This document shows positions 17,399 through 28,000 of a stretch of DNA of 64,000 nt, one piece after another (positions within the stretch are counted from its first letter, which is position 1; each line of letters opens with the position of its first letter). The notes beneath the pieces were generated by a model. That model was not told where the DNA came from. It saw only the letters and a list, made by a program, of their open reading frames with translations, and did not search any database. Origin of the DNA: Nanohaloarchaea archaeon B1-Br10_U2g19 (GTDB taxonomy: Archaea; Nanohalarchaeota; Nanosalinia; Nanosalinales; Nanosalinaceae). The position numbers were made by a program, and so were the translations under genes. The stretch covers positions 3,397-67,396 of the forward strand of contig LKMO01000002.1 of assembly GCA_001563905.1 (NCBI GenBank). The letters are read 5' to 3'.

Positions 17399-18811
17399 TT
17401 AGACTGTGTGTATTGGGTCGCCTTGAGCATCCTCACATGCTTCAGCAAAAGCTTCCGGGAAAGTCGGATGTGCATGAATCGTGTTCACGATGTCGTCGAG
17501 ATAGGCCTGCATCTCAAGGGCTAGAGTGGCTTCTGCAATCATATCTGATGCTCGGACACCAGCTATCTGTACTCCTAACAGCTTGCCTTTCGGACATGCG
17601 AGTACCCGGACAAATCCGGAGGTATCATCTACAGTCAAAGCTCTTCCGGAAGCTGAGAACGGAAACTTACCGATCTTCAGCTCGTCGCCATACTTGTCCT
17701 CAGCCTCTTCCAGACTCATTCCGACGACAGCTACCTCAGGATCAGTATACATAACCTTTGGAATATACTGGTTGTCAAAGGCGGCAGGCTCACCGGAAAT
17801 TACTTCGGCTGCAACACGACCTTCTCTATAAGCTTTGTGAGCCAGCATTGGTTGTCCTACCACGTCTCCTATAGCAAAAATATTTTCTTCAGAAGTCCTC
17901 ATCTGAGAGTCAACTTCGATGAAGCCGTGTTCATCCGGCTCTATAGAAGTGTTCTCTAGACCCAGCTCTTCTGTAACATTTTTAGGTGTTCTACCTACGG
18001 CAACAAGAATGTAGTCGCCTTCAACCTCTACTTCTTCATCTTCTTTCTCTGCAACAAGCACGGCTTTGTCGTCTCTGTACTTTACTTCTTGAGCCTTTGC
18101 AGATTCGTAAATATTTTGGGTGTAGTCGCTGTTAGCATCTTGTAAACTTTCAACAACTTCTTCATCAAAGTTGCCGAGTATTCTTTCCATAGCTTCAACT
18201 ACTTTTACTTCTGAACCAAACTTAGAGAATTTTGTGACTGCTTCCATACCTATGTAGCCGCCTCCGACAACTACAAGCTCTTCAGGCACTTCCTCAAGGT
18301 TTAACAGTTCTCTTGAGGAGATAACTTTTTCTTGAGAGAACTCTAATCCGGGTATCTCCATAGGCTGGCTACCTGTTGCTATGACGGCGTTTTCAAACTC
18401 TATTTTGTCTGTACGGTGCTCTTCTTCAACTCTTACGGTTTTAGAATCAATGAAGTGAGCCTTACCTTTCTTTACTTCTACTCCGTGTTTTTTCAGTATC
18501 TGTTTGACTCCTCCGTTAAGTTTTTCTACAATGCTGTTCTTCCATTTCTGTACTTCTGAGAAATCTAAGTCTTGTTTGGTGTAGACATCTTTTTCGTCTT
18601 TGCTCAGAAACTCTTCATACATTTTAGAGGAGTGGATAAATGCTTTAGCAGGTATACAGCCCCGGTTTAGGCATGTACCTCCTATATCTTCTTTTTCTAT
18701 CAATACTACGTCTTTACCTCTTTGTGAAGCTCTTATGGCGGCAGTGTAACCTCCAGGACCTCCTCCTATAACTATTACGTCTGTTCCGGTAGCTATATCG
18801 CCTACAACCAC
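17399..18811 (-). CDS. lpdA: Dihydrolipoamide dehydrogenase (E3)
   Basis: GGGPGGY, GGTCLNRGCIP and HAHPT motifs; GTG start. Confidence 0.95.
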   Translation of the reverse strand: MVVGDIATGTDVIVIGGGPGGYTAAIRASQRGKDVVLIEKEDIGGTCLNRGCIPAKAFIHSSKMYEEFLSKDEKDVYTKQDLDFSEVQKWKNSIVEKLNGGVKQILKKHGVEVKKGKAHFIDSKTVRVEEEHRTDKIEFENAVIATGSQPMEIPGLEFSQEKVISSRELLNLEEVPEELVVVGGGYIGMEAVTKFSKFGSEVKVVEAMERILGNFDEEVVESLQDANSDYTQNIYESAKAQEVKYRDDKAVLVAEKEDEEVEVEGDYILVAVGRTPKNVTEELGLENTSIEPDEHGFIEVDSQMRTSEENIFAIGDVVGQPMLAHKAYREGRVAAEVISGEPAAFDNQYIPKVMYTDPEVAVVGMSLEEAEDKYGDELKIGKFPFSASGRALTVDDTSGFVRVLACPKGKLLGVQIAGVRASDMIAEATLALEMQAYLDDIVNTIHAHPTFPEAFAEACEDAQGDPIHTV

Positions 18812-18815
18812 TGTT

Positions 18816-20198
18816 TTAAAGCCTCATTAAAAGTTCTTCAGGGTTCTCGAGGTTTTCAATAACAGTATTCATGAATCTGGCTGCTGTAGCGCCGTCAACT
18901 ACTCTGTGATCATAGCTTAAGGAGAGTTTCACTGTTTTACGCGGAACCACTTCGCCTTCAAAAACTTCGGCAGTCTCCTTTATACTTCCAACACCTAGTA
19001 TTGCGGTCTGAGGATAGTTTATTATCGGTGTGAACTCCTCTCCGCCGATCACTCCCAGATTGGTTATTGAGAAGGTTCCGGAGTCCATCTCCTTCTTTGA
19101 AACATTTGTTTCTTGAGCTCTCCCAACAGCGGCTGTTATGCTTTCTGCAAGCTCAACAATACTTTTGTTATCAACTTTATCGACTACAGGAACCATTAAA
19201 CCTTTCTCAGTATCTACAGCAATATTAAAGTTGTAGTCTTTCTTAAGCAGTATCTCGTTGTTTTCTTCATCTAGCTCGGCGTTAAGCTCAGGATACTTTT
19301 CCAAACCTTCTAATACAGCCTTCATGATAAAAGGCATATAGGTTAGATGGGCTTCAAAGTTCTCTTTCTCACGTTCTCTCAGGTCTACTAGCTGTGTTAC
19401 ATCTGCTTTATCTACATGGGTTACGTGAGGAGCAGTGAAACGTGATCTCTCCATTTTATCTGCGACAGCTTTTCTTATACCAGACATCTCGACTCTTTCT
19501 TCTTCGCCTGTTTCGGAAACTCTATGTTCGGTCTCTCTGTCCTGAGATCCACTGCTGGAAGCGCTTAAAACATCGTCTCTAGTTATCTTACCGTCTCGAC
19601 CAGAACCAGTAACTTCTTCTAAACTTATTCCTTCTTCTCTAGCTAATTTACGTACTGAAGGAGTTGCTTTGATACTTTCACTGGTATTAGTAACAGTTTC
19701 TGAATCTGAACTACTGGTTTGAGACTGTTTTGATCCTTCTGCGGCTTCAAGAACTTCTTCTTCTGTTATTCTTTCACCTGTCTTTATTGAAGCCAGGTCC
19801 ACTCCTTTCTTTTGAGCTAGCTTTCTTACTTTTGGAAGAGCTAAAACATCTTCGGAGCTTTCAACAGATCTAATCTCCTTTTCAGGTTTCTCAGGCTCGG
19901 ATTCTACTTTTTCAGACACTTTTTCTTCCGGCTCTTCCTGTTCTTCTGTTTCTTCAGAAACTTCTTCGCCGTCATCTACAATCATTATTACGTCTCCTAC
20001 TTTGACGGTGTCTCCGGCTTCTACCTTAAGCTCGGTTACCTTCCCGCTGGTTGGTGCAGGGATATCAACTACGGCTTTATCGGTTTCTGCTTCCCCCACG
20101 ACCTGGTCTTCCTCAATCTCGTCGCCTTCATCTATCATCCACTGTAGGAACTTTCCTTCTGTTACACCTTCGCCGGTATCCGGGAATTTAAACTCCAA
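18816..20198 (-). CDS. pdhC: Dihydrolipoamide acyltransferase (E2)
   Basis: Lipoyl ETDKA, two subunit-binding domains, DHRVVDG; TTG start after GAGGTGA. Confidence 0.92.
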   Translation of the reverse strand: MEFKFPDTGEGVTEGKFLQWMIDEGDEIEEDQVVGEAETDKAVVDIPAPTSGKVTELKVEAGDTVKVGDVIMIVDDGEEVSEETEEQEEPEEKVSEKVESEPEKPEKEIRSVESSEDVLALPKVRKLAQKKGVDLASIKTGERITEEEVLEAAEGSKQSQTSSSDSETVTNTSESIKATPSVRKLAREEGISLEEVTGSGRDGKITRDDVLSASSSGSQDRETEHRVSETGEEERVEMSGIRKAVADKMERSRFTAPHVTHVDKADVTQLVDLREREKENFEAHLTYMPFIMKAVLEGLEKYPELNAELDEENNEILLKKDYNFNIAVDTEKGLMVPVVDKVDNKSIVELAESITAAVGRAQETNVSKKEMDSGTFSITNLGVIGGEEFTPIINYPQTAILGVGSIKETAEVFEGEVVPRKTVKLSLSYDHRVVDGATAARFMNTVIENLENPEELLMRL

Positions 20199-20214
20199 CT
20201 CTTCTTCACCTCGG

Positions 20215-21180
20215 TTAAAACTCTAGCACCTTTTCTAAGCCGTTCACTGTCTTTTCAACGTTAGGCATATAGTAGTCTTCAAGGGTGTATAACGGATAAG
20301 GGACGTCTGGGGCAGTCACTCTCTCTACAGGTGCCTCCATCGATAGGATAGATTCTTCTTGGATTCTTGAAGCTAGCTCTGCCCCGAAACCACCTGTTTT
20401 CTGTGCTTCGTGGAGAACTACTGCTCTACCGGTCTTCTTAACCGATTCAACAACGGTTTCAAAGTCTGTAGGGTATATTGTCATCAAGTCAATCACTTCT
20501 ACAGAAGCTTCTACTTCTTCTGCTGCCTCTTCTGCAACAGGAACCATGGCGCCCCACGCAATCAATGTTATGTCGTCGCCTTCCTTTGCTATCCGCGCTT
20601 TTTCTAGTTCAACTTCTTTATCTTTATCTACTTCTTCTTTAAACGCTCTATATGTTTTCTTAGGCTCTAAAAATACTACAGGGTCATCTAGCTGTATAGA
20701 TTTTCTTAGTAACGAGTAAGTGTTCTGAGGAGTACTAGGCACTACGACATGTAGTCCTTGTGCGTGTGCATAGAAAGCTTCAGGACTTTCTTGGTGATGC
20801 TCTAAAGCACTTATACCTCCTCCATAAGGTGCTCTAACTGTTAGAGGGACGTTATAGTCGCCTCTACTCCTTATACGCATCCTTGAAGCATGTTCTTTAA
20901 TCTGATAGAACGCAAGATAAGAGAAGCCTGAGAACTGCATCTCTACAACAGGTCTGAAACCGTATAAGCCCATTCCTATCGCGGTCCCGGCGATACCTGA
21001 CTCTGCTAGGGGGCTGGAGAAGCAACGTTTCTCTCCAAACTCTTCTTGAAGATCTTTTGTAGCTCGGAAGACTCCGCCGTCCTCCCCAACATCTTCTCCA
21101 TAAGTTATGACGTTCTCGTTTTCCGCCATTTCATCTCTTAAGGCTTCGTTAACTGCCTCGATAATATTCATTTTGGTCAT
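20215..21180 (-). CDS. pdhB: 2-oxoacid (pyruvate) dehydrogenase E1 beta
   Basis: GEDVGEDGGVFRAT and PVVFLEPK motifs. Confidence 0.93.
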   Translation of the reverse strand: MTKMNIIEAVNEALRDEMAENENVITYGEDVGEDGGVFRATKDLQEEFGEKRCFSSPLAESGIAGTAIGMGLYGFRPVVEMQFSGFSYLAFYQIKEHASRMRIRSRGDYNVPLTVRAPYGGGISALEHHQESPEAFYAHAQGLHVVVPSTPQNTYSLLRKSIQLDDPVVFLEPKKTYRAFKEEVDKDKEVELEKARIAKEGDDITLIAWGAMVPVAEEAAEEVEASVEVIDLMTIYPTDFETVVESVKKTGRAVVLHEAQKTGGFGAELASRIQEESILSMEAPVERVTAPDVPYPLYTLEDYYMPNVEKTVNGLEKVLEF

Positions 21181-21181
21181 T

Positions 21182-22243
21182 TTACTCGTTCACCTCTTTC
21201 CGAAGCTCTTCTTTCTCTTTCGCAAGTAGCTCCGGCATCTCGCCGTAAACATAGTCAAACAGTTCGTCGAAACTTGGTTTATCCATTTCTAAGGCTTTGT
21301 TAGCTGCTTCATCTACTTTCTCTTTAGCTTCGTCTTCAAAGCCTTCCAATTCATCTCTCCAGATATCATGTTCTTTCAGATAGTTTCTAAACCTGTTTAA
21401 GGGGTCTTGCTCGCGCCATTCTTCTACCTCGTCGTCTTCTCTGTAACGGGTTGAGTCATCAGAAGTTGTATGGTCTTCTAAACGGTATGTTAGGGCTTCA
21501 ACAAGTGCTGGTTCGCCGTTACGAGCCTTCTCTAAAACCTCTCTCATCGCCTTTATCACTGCTAGTATATCGTTTCCGTCGACTTGAACTCCGTTTATTC
21601 CGTAAGCTAAGGCTTTCTGTGCTACTGTATCAGAGTTTGTCTGTTTTTCGAAAGGCATGGAGATTGCATACTGGTTGTTCTGAACAAAAAAGACTGAATG
21701 CGCGTCGTATACTCCTGCAAAGTTTAATGCTTCATGAAAATCTCCTTCACTAGTACTTCCGTCGCCCGTAAATCCGACTACAGCATTATCATCTTCTTTA
21801 AAGCTCATAGCCATTCCTAATCCTGCTGTATGAAGGTTCTGGGTTCCAACAGGTATAGCAACAGGTAAAGTATTGAGCTCTGCTAAGCCTTTCTGGCCGT
21901 TTGCATCACCCATCCATCTCTGGAAGATCTTTTCTAGAGGCGCACCTCTCATAATAAATGCGGCTGACTCTCTGAAGCTTGGTACAACCCAGTCCTCATC
22001 TCTTAGAGGATAGATTGATCCTATCTGCGCGGCTTCTTGTCCTTTGTGAGGTGCGTAAGTCGATATTTCGCCTCTTCTCTGGAGAGAGAACGCTTTCTCA
22101 TCAAACTTCCGGGCTACAACCATTTTTTTGTAGAGCTCGATATACTCGTCTTCAGCAAGATTTGGCGCCTCCTCCGCCGGGTTTTCGGAGTTCATAACCT
22201 CCACTTTTTCTATACTTCCAGAGAAAACCTGTTCTCGTGCCAT
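21182..22243 (-). CDS. pdhA: 2-oxoacid (pyruvate) dehydrogenase E1 alpha
   Basis: GDGSTSEGDFHEALN...NN TPP motif; HTTSDD. Confidence 0.93.
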   Translation of the reverse strand: MAREQVFSGSIEKVEVMNSENPAEEAPNLAEDEYIELYKKMVVARKFDEKAFSLQRRGEISTYAPHKGQEAAQIGSIYPLRDEDWVVPSFRESAAFIMRGAPLEKIFQRWMGDANGQKGLAELNTLPVAIPVGTQNLHTAGLGMAMSFKEDDNAVVGFTGDGSTSEGDFHEALNFAGVYDAHSVFFVQNNQYAISMPFEKQTNSDTVAQKALAYGINGVQVDGNDILAVIKAMREVLEKARNGEPALVEALTYRLEDHTTSDDSTRYREDDEVEEWREQDPLNRFRNYLKEHDIWRDELEGFEDEAKEKVDEAANKALEMDKPSFDELFDYVYGEMPELLAKEKEELRKEVNE

Positions 22244-22337
22244 TATATTATGGAACTGCTTAAGGCTTGAATATAAAGAATAGTTTTGCGACTTTTCGGT
22301 GAAATAAACACTCTAAATAACCGGCTCAACAATAAAC

Positions 22338-24380
22338 ATGTTTGTGACTTTAGATAAGCTGTTCGAACCGGAAAAAGTTGCTGTTGTAGGCGCTTCAAGA
22401 CAGGAAGGAAAAACAGGGCATGAGGTCTTCGACAACCTTTTACATGATTTCGAAGGAGAGGTTGTACCGGTCAACCCTAAAGCTGAGGAAGTACACGGCG
22501 TAAAGGCAGAAGATGAGATACCTGAAGGCACGGATCTAGCTGTTATTGTGGTGCCGGCAAAGATTGTTCCGGAAGTAATCTACGACTGCGGGAAAAAAGA
22601 TGTTGAAGCAGCAATAGTAATATCTGCAGGCTTCTCAGAGACAGGTAAAGAACAGTTGGAAGAACATATTGTCCATAAGGCTGAACAGAACGATATCAAA
22701 CTACTAGGTCCGAACGTACTAGGCGTAATTAATACAAAGAACTCTATGAACGCCTCCTTCGCATCAAAAATACCTGAAAAAGGAGATATAGCCTTTATGA
22801 GTCAGTCAGGAGCATTCTGTACGGCAATACTTGACTACGCTAAAGCAGAGCATATCGGATTCAACAACTTTGTATCTCTAGGAAACAAAGCAATGCTCAA
22901 CGAAGTAGACCTTCTTAAATACTGGAGAAACACGGATACAGGAACAATACTGTCTTACACAGAAGGAATAGAGAATGGAAGAGAGTTTATAGAAGAAGCA
23001 AAGAAAACTTCAAAAGACACGCCTATAGTAATGGTCAAATCAGGTAGAACAAGTAAAGGAGGTCACGCAGCCTCAAGCCATACAGGAAGCATAGCCGGAA
23101 GCTACCAAGCCTATAAAGCAGCCTTCAGAAAAACAGGTATAATTGAAGCAGAGTCCAACAGAGAACTTCTAGAGTTCGGAAGAGCATTTGACTACCAGCC
23201 TCTACCTGAAGGAGATAACGTAGCTATCTTAACTAATGCAGGAGGACCTGGAGTAATAACAACGGATGAAATATCTGAAAGAGGTTTAGAACTTGCTGAA
23301 CTAGAAATGAGTACTAAAAGAAGTCTAAGAGACGTTCTTCCTGAAGAGTCTGAACCTGTAAACCCTTTAGACGTGATAGGTGATGCAGGTCACCAAAGAT
23401 ACAAGGATGCTTTAGAACATGTTCTAGCTGATGAAAACGTAGACTCTGTAATAGTTATACTTACTCCACAAGCAAACACGGAGATAAAGAAAACAGCAAA
23501 AACCGTGGTTAAAGCCTCACGAAACACGGATAAAACAGTTCTAGCATCGTTTATGGGAGAACAAGATGTACAGAAAGGAATAGATATACTGGAGAAAGAA
23601 GAGGTGCCCGACTTCCAAGATCCTATGGATGCAGTCAAAACACTGAAAGCAATGCGGAATTACAGAGAGTTTTTAGAACGTGGAGAAACTTTCAAACAGT
23701 TTGAATATGATAAAGAAAAAGCAGACAAAGCTATAGATAATATTAGAGACTACGAGTTCAAAGAAAATCTGTTAGAAGCATACGGCTTTGACTTAGCACT
23801 AACAAGCATAGCTGAAAGCCCTTTGGATGCGCAAGAAGCCGCAGCTAACGTAGGCTACCCGGTTGTACTCAAAGTAAACTCGCCGGAGATCAAACATAAA
23901 ACCGATATAGGAGGAGTTAAAACAGGTTTAGAGACCAAGAAAGAAGTCAAAGAAGCGTTCCACGAAATAGTTAACAACGTCCATCTAAACGCCAGCGCAT
24001 CTCAACTAGAAGGCGTACAGGTACAAGAACAGTTAGACGGTCTAGAGATTGCGTTAGGGATGAAACGCGACCCACAGTTCGGACCAATGATAATGGTAGG
24101 GCTTGGAGGAATATACATAGAGGTCTTGAGAGACGTAAGCTTCGGAATAGCTCCTATAACAGAGGAAGAAGCCGAGAAGATGATTGACGAGCTACAGGCA
24201 CACGAACTATTTGAAGCTGCAAGAGGACAGAAACATAACTTAGAACCTGTTAAAGACGCTATAATCAAGCTAGGAGATCTAGCACTAGAACATGATAGTA
24301 TACAAGAAATCGACTTGAACCCGGCTATACTGAAAGATAAAAACTTCTACGTTGCCGATATAGTTATAGAAACTAAATAA
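22338..24380 (+). CDS. acdAB: Acetate--CoA ligase (ADP-forming), fused alpha/beta
   Basis: CoA-binding N-terminus, ASSHTGS phospho-His, NPLDVIGDA, C-terminal ATP-grasp (HKTDIGGV, DLNP). Confidence 0.9.
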   Translation: MFVTLDKLFEPEKVAVVGASRQEGKTGHEVFDNLLHDFEGEVVPVNPKAEEVHGVKAEDEIPEGTDLAVIVVPAKIVPEVIYDCGKKDVEAAIVISAGFSETGKEQLEEHIVHKAEQNDIKLLGPNVLGVINTKNSMNASFASKIPEKGDIAFMSQSGAFCTAILDYAKAEHIGFNNFVSLGNKAMLNEVDLLKYWRNTDTGTILSYTEGIENGREFIEEAKKTSKDTPIVMVKSGRTSKGGHAASSHTGSIAGSYQAYKAAFRKTGIIEAESNRELLEFGRAFDYQPLPEGDNVAILTNAGGPGVITTDEISERGLELAELEMSTKRSLRDVLPEESEPVNPLDVIGDAGHQRYKDALEHVLADENVDSVIVILTPQANTEIKKTAKTVVKASRNTDKTVLASFMGEQDVQKGIDILEKEEVPDFQDPMDAVKTLKAMRNYREFLERGETFKQFEYDKEKADKAIDNIRDYEFKENLLEAYGFDLALTSIAESPLDAQEAAANVGYPVVLKVNSPEIKHKTDIGGVKTGLETKKEVKEAFHEIVNNVHLNASASQLEGVQVQEQLDGLEIALGMKRDPQFGPMIMVGLGGIYIEVLRDVSFGIAPITEEEAEKMIDELQAHELFEAARGQKHNLEPVKDAIIKLGDLALEHDSIQEIDLNPAILKDKNFYVADIVIETK

Positions 24381-24446
24381 GAGAAGTTTTTCTGAAGTGG
24401 TTGAAGAACACTAAGCCGTATCTTCTTATCTAAAAGTAATTCCTTC

Positions 24447-25196
24447 TTAATTAAAACTGTTTTGACCGAAGCCAGCACTAAGTGTTCTTGTCAGGGCTTC
24501 TTCTGCTGTTTCATCTGTTTCTATTATATGTTCTGGCTTGACCTCTAAGATGAGTCCGGTAGTTATATTCGGGCTAGTTGGTAAGAATAAGATTTCTCTG
24601 CCTTCTGGCGAAACATTACCGGTTTTGAAGGCGGTAAGTTTGACATTGTTAAGCTCTATTTTGACCGGCTTGCTGAGTTCTTCTGTTCCTTCTATAACTG
24701 TCTCTGTTGTTACTTTAGTGATCCTATATATTCCTCCGAGAAAAGGTATTGAACCTATTATATTATCGACTATTTTCTCAAGTTCGAATCCTGTACGTGT
24801 TCTTGTCAGTTTACCGATCGCTGTAGATAGTGCTGCTCCCAAAACAAGTAACGCGGAGAGCTTAACTGACTGGTTAAGAACGTAGTATTCGGTGAAGTTC
24901 AGGACTTCGTTATAAGGGATTAGCTCGATTTTCTGGAAAAGCCATGCAACCACCAAGCCGACTATCAGGATCGGAAGCAGGACTATAAGGCCTTCTACTG
25001 CAGGTTCTTTCTGTCTGGTGAAGCCTAAATCTTCAAGTATTTCATCCTGGTTTCTGCGGTAGTAACCGATATTTTCTCTTTGTTCTCGGCCTTTTGCGAT
25101 TCCACCCTCCAGTATTTTCTGAGCTCCTTCCTGGAGGTGTGCTTTACCGTCTCGGAAAGCTTTCTCACTCTCTTCAGAATTTCCTTCTTCGGTCAC
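24447..25196 (-). CDS. DUF502-family membrane protein
   Basis: GLIVLLPI, IPFLGGIY and FLPTSPNITTG motifs. Confidence 0.8.
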   Translation of the reverse strand: MTEEGNSEESEKAFRDGKAHLQEGAQKILEGGIAKGREQRENIGYYRRNQDEILEDLGFTRQKEPAVEGLIVLLPILIVGLVVAWLFQKIELIPYNEVLNFTEYYVLNQSVKLSALLVLGAALSTAIGKLTRTRTGFELEKIVDNIIGSIPFLGGIYRITKVTTETVIEGTEELSKPVKIELNNVKLTAFKTGNVSPEGREILFLPTSPNITTGLILEVKPEHIIETDETAEEALTRTLSAGFGQNSFN

Positions 25197-25417
25197 AGGT
25201 TCAATTCAAGCAGCTAAATATTAACTGTTCTTTGGTTGCCTCCGAGCTCATGTGTCAATCTCGTCAAGCTTTTTTAGGAATAACCCAGGATTTCTATCTT
25301 TCATACTCGTTTACAGAAATTATCTTTTAAGATCTAACAAGAGGGCTTAAACCGTTCTAAAGCCCCGAAAAACATTTTTTGGAAAGCTTTACAACTGTTT
25401 AGAAAGATAAAGTTATC

Positions 25418-26569
25418 ATGACTCTAGAAGAAGATGCGTTAGAACTTCATTCTAAGAACCCTGGTAAAATCAGTGTAGAAGCCTCAGTAGATATAGAAAC
25501 CAAGGAAGATCTCAACCTTGTCTATACTCCGGGCGTAGCAGAGCCTTGCAGGAAGATAGCTGAAAACAAGGAAGAAGCCTACAACTACACTTCAAAAAAG
25601 AATCTTGTTGCAGTTGTAAGCGACGGTTCCGCAGTACTGGGACTAGGAGATATAGGTCCTGAAGCTTCCATGCCTGTAATGGAAGGAAAGGCCAATCTGT
25701 TAAAGAAGTTTGGAGAAGTAGACGGTTTTCCTCTAGTCGTTGATACAGAGTCTTCAAAAGAGATAATTGAAACAGTTGAAAGAGTAGCTCCAACACTTGG
25801 AGCTGTAAATCTTGAAGATATCAGCGCACCAGAATGTTTCGAGATAGAGAACCGTTTACAGGAAAAACTGGATATACCAGTATTTCATGACGACCAACAC
25901 GGAACCGCAATCGTGGTATTAGCAGCATTGAGAAACTCTCTAAAGCTTGTAGATAAAGAGATGGAAGATCTGAAAATAGTTGTTTCAGGTGTTGGTGCGG
26001 CGGGAATAGCAGTCTCTAAAATACTTGATAGTGCAGGAACAGAAAATATTTTGCCTGTAGACTCCTTGGGAATAATCTCCCAAGACCGAGGAAACAAACA
26101 CAAACAAAGACTGGCTTCAGAACTAGGTGTAACTGAAGAAGGAGATTTAGAGGATGCGATGAAGAATGCAGATGTTCTAATAGGGTTATCAATAGGAGGA
26201 ATAGTCTCTAAGGAAATGGTTGAATCGATGAATGAGAACGCAGTAGTTTTTGCGTTAGCGAACCCTGATCCAGAGATAATGCCTGATGAAGCTAAAGAAG
26301 CAGGAGCAGAGATAGTTGCGACAGGTAGAAGCGACTTTCCAAATCAGGTAAATAACTCTATAGCATTCCCGGGTATTTTCAGAGGAGCAATTGATGCTGA
26401 AGCAACCGAGATAAATGAAGAGATGAAAAGAGCTGCATCAAAAGCAATATCTGAATCTTTGGAACCTGAAAAAGAAAGAATTCTTCCAGATACACTTGAC
26501 AAAGAGCTTGCGATGAAGATAGCTTCAAAAGTTAAAAAAGCAGCTGAAGAAACCAATGTAACCCGGTGA
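25418..26569 (+). CDS. mae: NAD(P)-dependent malic enzyme
   Basis: YTPGVA, NLEDISAP, FHDDQHGTA and TGRSDFPNQVNN motifs. Confidence 0.93.
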   Translation: MTLEEDALELHSKNPGKISVEASVDIETKEDLNLVYTPGVAEPCRKIAENKEEAYNYTSKKNLVAVVSDGSAVLGLGDIGPEASMPVMEGKANLLKKFGEVDGFPLVVDTESSKEIIETVERVAPTLGAVNLEDISAPECFEIENRLQEKLDIPVFHDDQHGTAIVVLAALRNSLKLVDKEMEDLKIVVSGVGAAGIAVSKILDSAGTENILPVDSLGIISQDRGNKHKQRLASELGVTEEGDLEDAMKNADVLIGLSIGGIVSKEMVESMNENAVVFALANPDPEIMPDEAKEAGAEIVATGRSDFPNQVNNSIAFPGIFRGAIDAEATEINEEMKRAASKAISESLEPEKERILPDTLDKELAMKIASKVKKAAEETNVTR

Positions 26570-27468
26570 GACCAAGAATGGATGAAGAAGCAAAAAAACA
26601 CTATGTAAAGGCAGGAAAAGTAATACAGGATGCAAGACAAGTTGCACGTGAAACTGCGGAGCCTGGGACAAACCTGAAAGAGATAGCTGAAACAGTCGAA
26701 CAAGAGATCAAAGATCAAGGATTAAAGCCGGCGTTCCCTGTAAACACTTCTCTGAATGAGGAGGCAGCACATTACACTCCTAGTAAGGATGAAGAGAAAG
26801 TTTTAACCGAAAATGATGTTCTTAAAATCGATATTGGGGCACAGTCAAACGGTTTTATCGCGGATACAGCCTTAACCGTTAACCCGTCCGGTAAGCACCA
26901 AGAAATCATTGATACGGTAGAAAAAGTACTGGAGAACGCACTTCAGTTCATAGAGCCAGGTGTAACGATCGGAGAGTTCGGAACATATGTACAAGAACAG
27001 GTCCCAGAAAAGTACAATCCTGTAATGAACCTTACAGGCCACTACTTAGACCAACATACACAGCACGCAGGAGTATCTATACCTAACGTAGAAAATACTT
27101 CAAGCCATAAGTTCAAGAAGGGAGACGCTGTAGCAATAGAGCCTTTCATAACAGAAGGGTCAGGTAAGGTAGTTCACGGAAAGCCAGGCAACATCTACCT
27201 GCAGGAAGCAGATAGAAACGTTAGAGGTAGGACAGAAAGAAAACTTATGAAAACTATAAACGGTTTTGACGGTCTTCCGTTCACAACTCGCTGGATCTCC
27301 AACTATGGAGGAAGACAGAAGATGGCTATGAGAAAGCTTGTACAGAACGGTATGGTCAAATCTTATGATGTGCTGAAAGACGGTCAAGATGGTTTAGTAG
27401 CTCAAGCAGAACACACCGTACTTGTAGGAGTGGATGACGGCGATAACATAGTAACTACAAGACGTTAA
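26566..27468 (+). CDS. map: Methionine aminopeptidase type II (start may be ATG 26578)
   Basis: AFPVN, AAHYTP, KIDIG, DTA, AIEPF and QAEHT motifs. Confidence 0.93.
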   Translation: MRPRMDEEAKKHYVKAGKVIQDARQVARETAEPGTNLKEIAETVEQEIKDQGLKPAFPVNTSLNEEAAHYTPSKDEEKVLTENDVLKIDIGAQSNGFIADTALTVNPSGKHQEIIDTVEKVLENALQFIEPGVTIGEFGTYVQEQVPEKYNPVMNLTGHYLDQHTQHAGVSIPNVENTSSHKFKKGDAVAIEPFITEGSGKVVHGKPGNIYLQEADRNVRGRTERKLMKTINGFDGLPFTTRWISNYGGRQKMAMRKLVQNGMVKSYDVLKDGQDGLVAQAEHTVLVGVDDGDNIVTTRR

Positions 27469-27998
27469 ACGCTGCACATCCTATCATTTTTCTCAATTGT
27501 CCAGAAAAGCGAAAAAATTAGTAGTAAAGCTGCTAAGAAAGATAGTTCAAGCCCTCCAAAAGGGAATAAGGCCAGGCTTACTGAGAAACCTGCTATAGCA
27601 ATACTGGTAACGCATACAGAGCAAAGACTTGCTAAAGGAGCTAATAAAATACCTAGTAAAGATCCGGACTGGTTTAAACGAATTTTGTTCTCTGTTAAAC
27701 TCTTTAGTGTTGCTGTAAGATTTAAGCCTATTAATATACTGAGAAAAAGAGTTAGATACAGGTTAAAACTGCTTACTGTTCCTGGAAAACCTGTGAATAA
27801 GGAATAGGAAAGTTTTAGAGTTGTTGAAAAACTGCTGGTTGTTAGAAAAGATGTTATCAGACTTAGATTTGATAGTAAAGTCATGGAAAGATAAGAAAGA
27901 AACGTTGTAGACAAGAAAAACAAGAAACGATTCTTACTGTATAGAACAGGTTTAAGCTGTCTAAAGTTCTCCAAACTAAATATATTGAGTATAGACAT
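27465..27998 (-). CDS. Membrane protein with CxxC in a transmembrane segment
   Basis: About 4 TM helices, SLCSVC, C-terminal Cys; 2 nt downstream of the DsbA-like gene. Confidence 0.7.
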   Translation of the reverse strand: MSILNIFSLENFRQLKPVLYSKNRFLFFLSTTFLSYLSMTLLSNLSLITSFLTTSSFSTTLKLSYSLFTGFPGTVSSFNLYLTLFLSILIGLNLTATLKSLTENKIRLNQSGSLLGILLAPLASLCSVCVTSIAIAGFSVSLALFPFGGLELSFLAALLLIFSLFWTIEKNDRMCSV

Positions 27999-28000
27999 CG

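Noticed and set aside
18816..20198. Two subunit-binding domains in E2
   Set aside because: A known architecture variant in 2-oxoacid dehydrogenase E2 proteins
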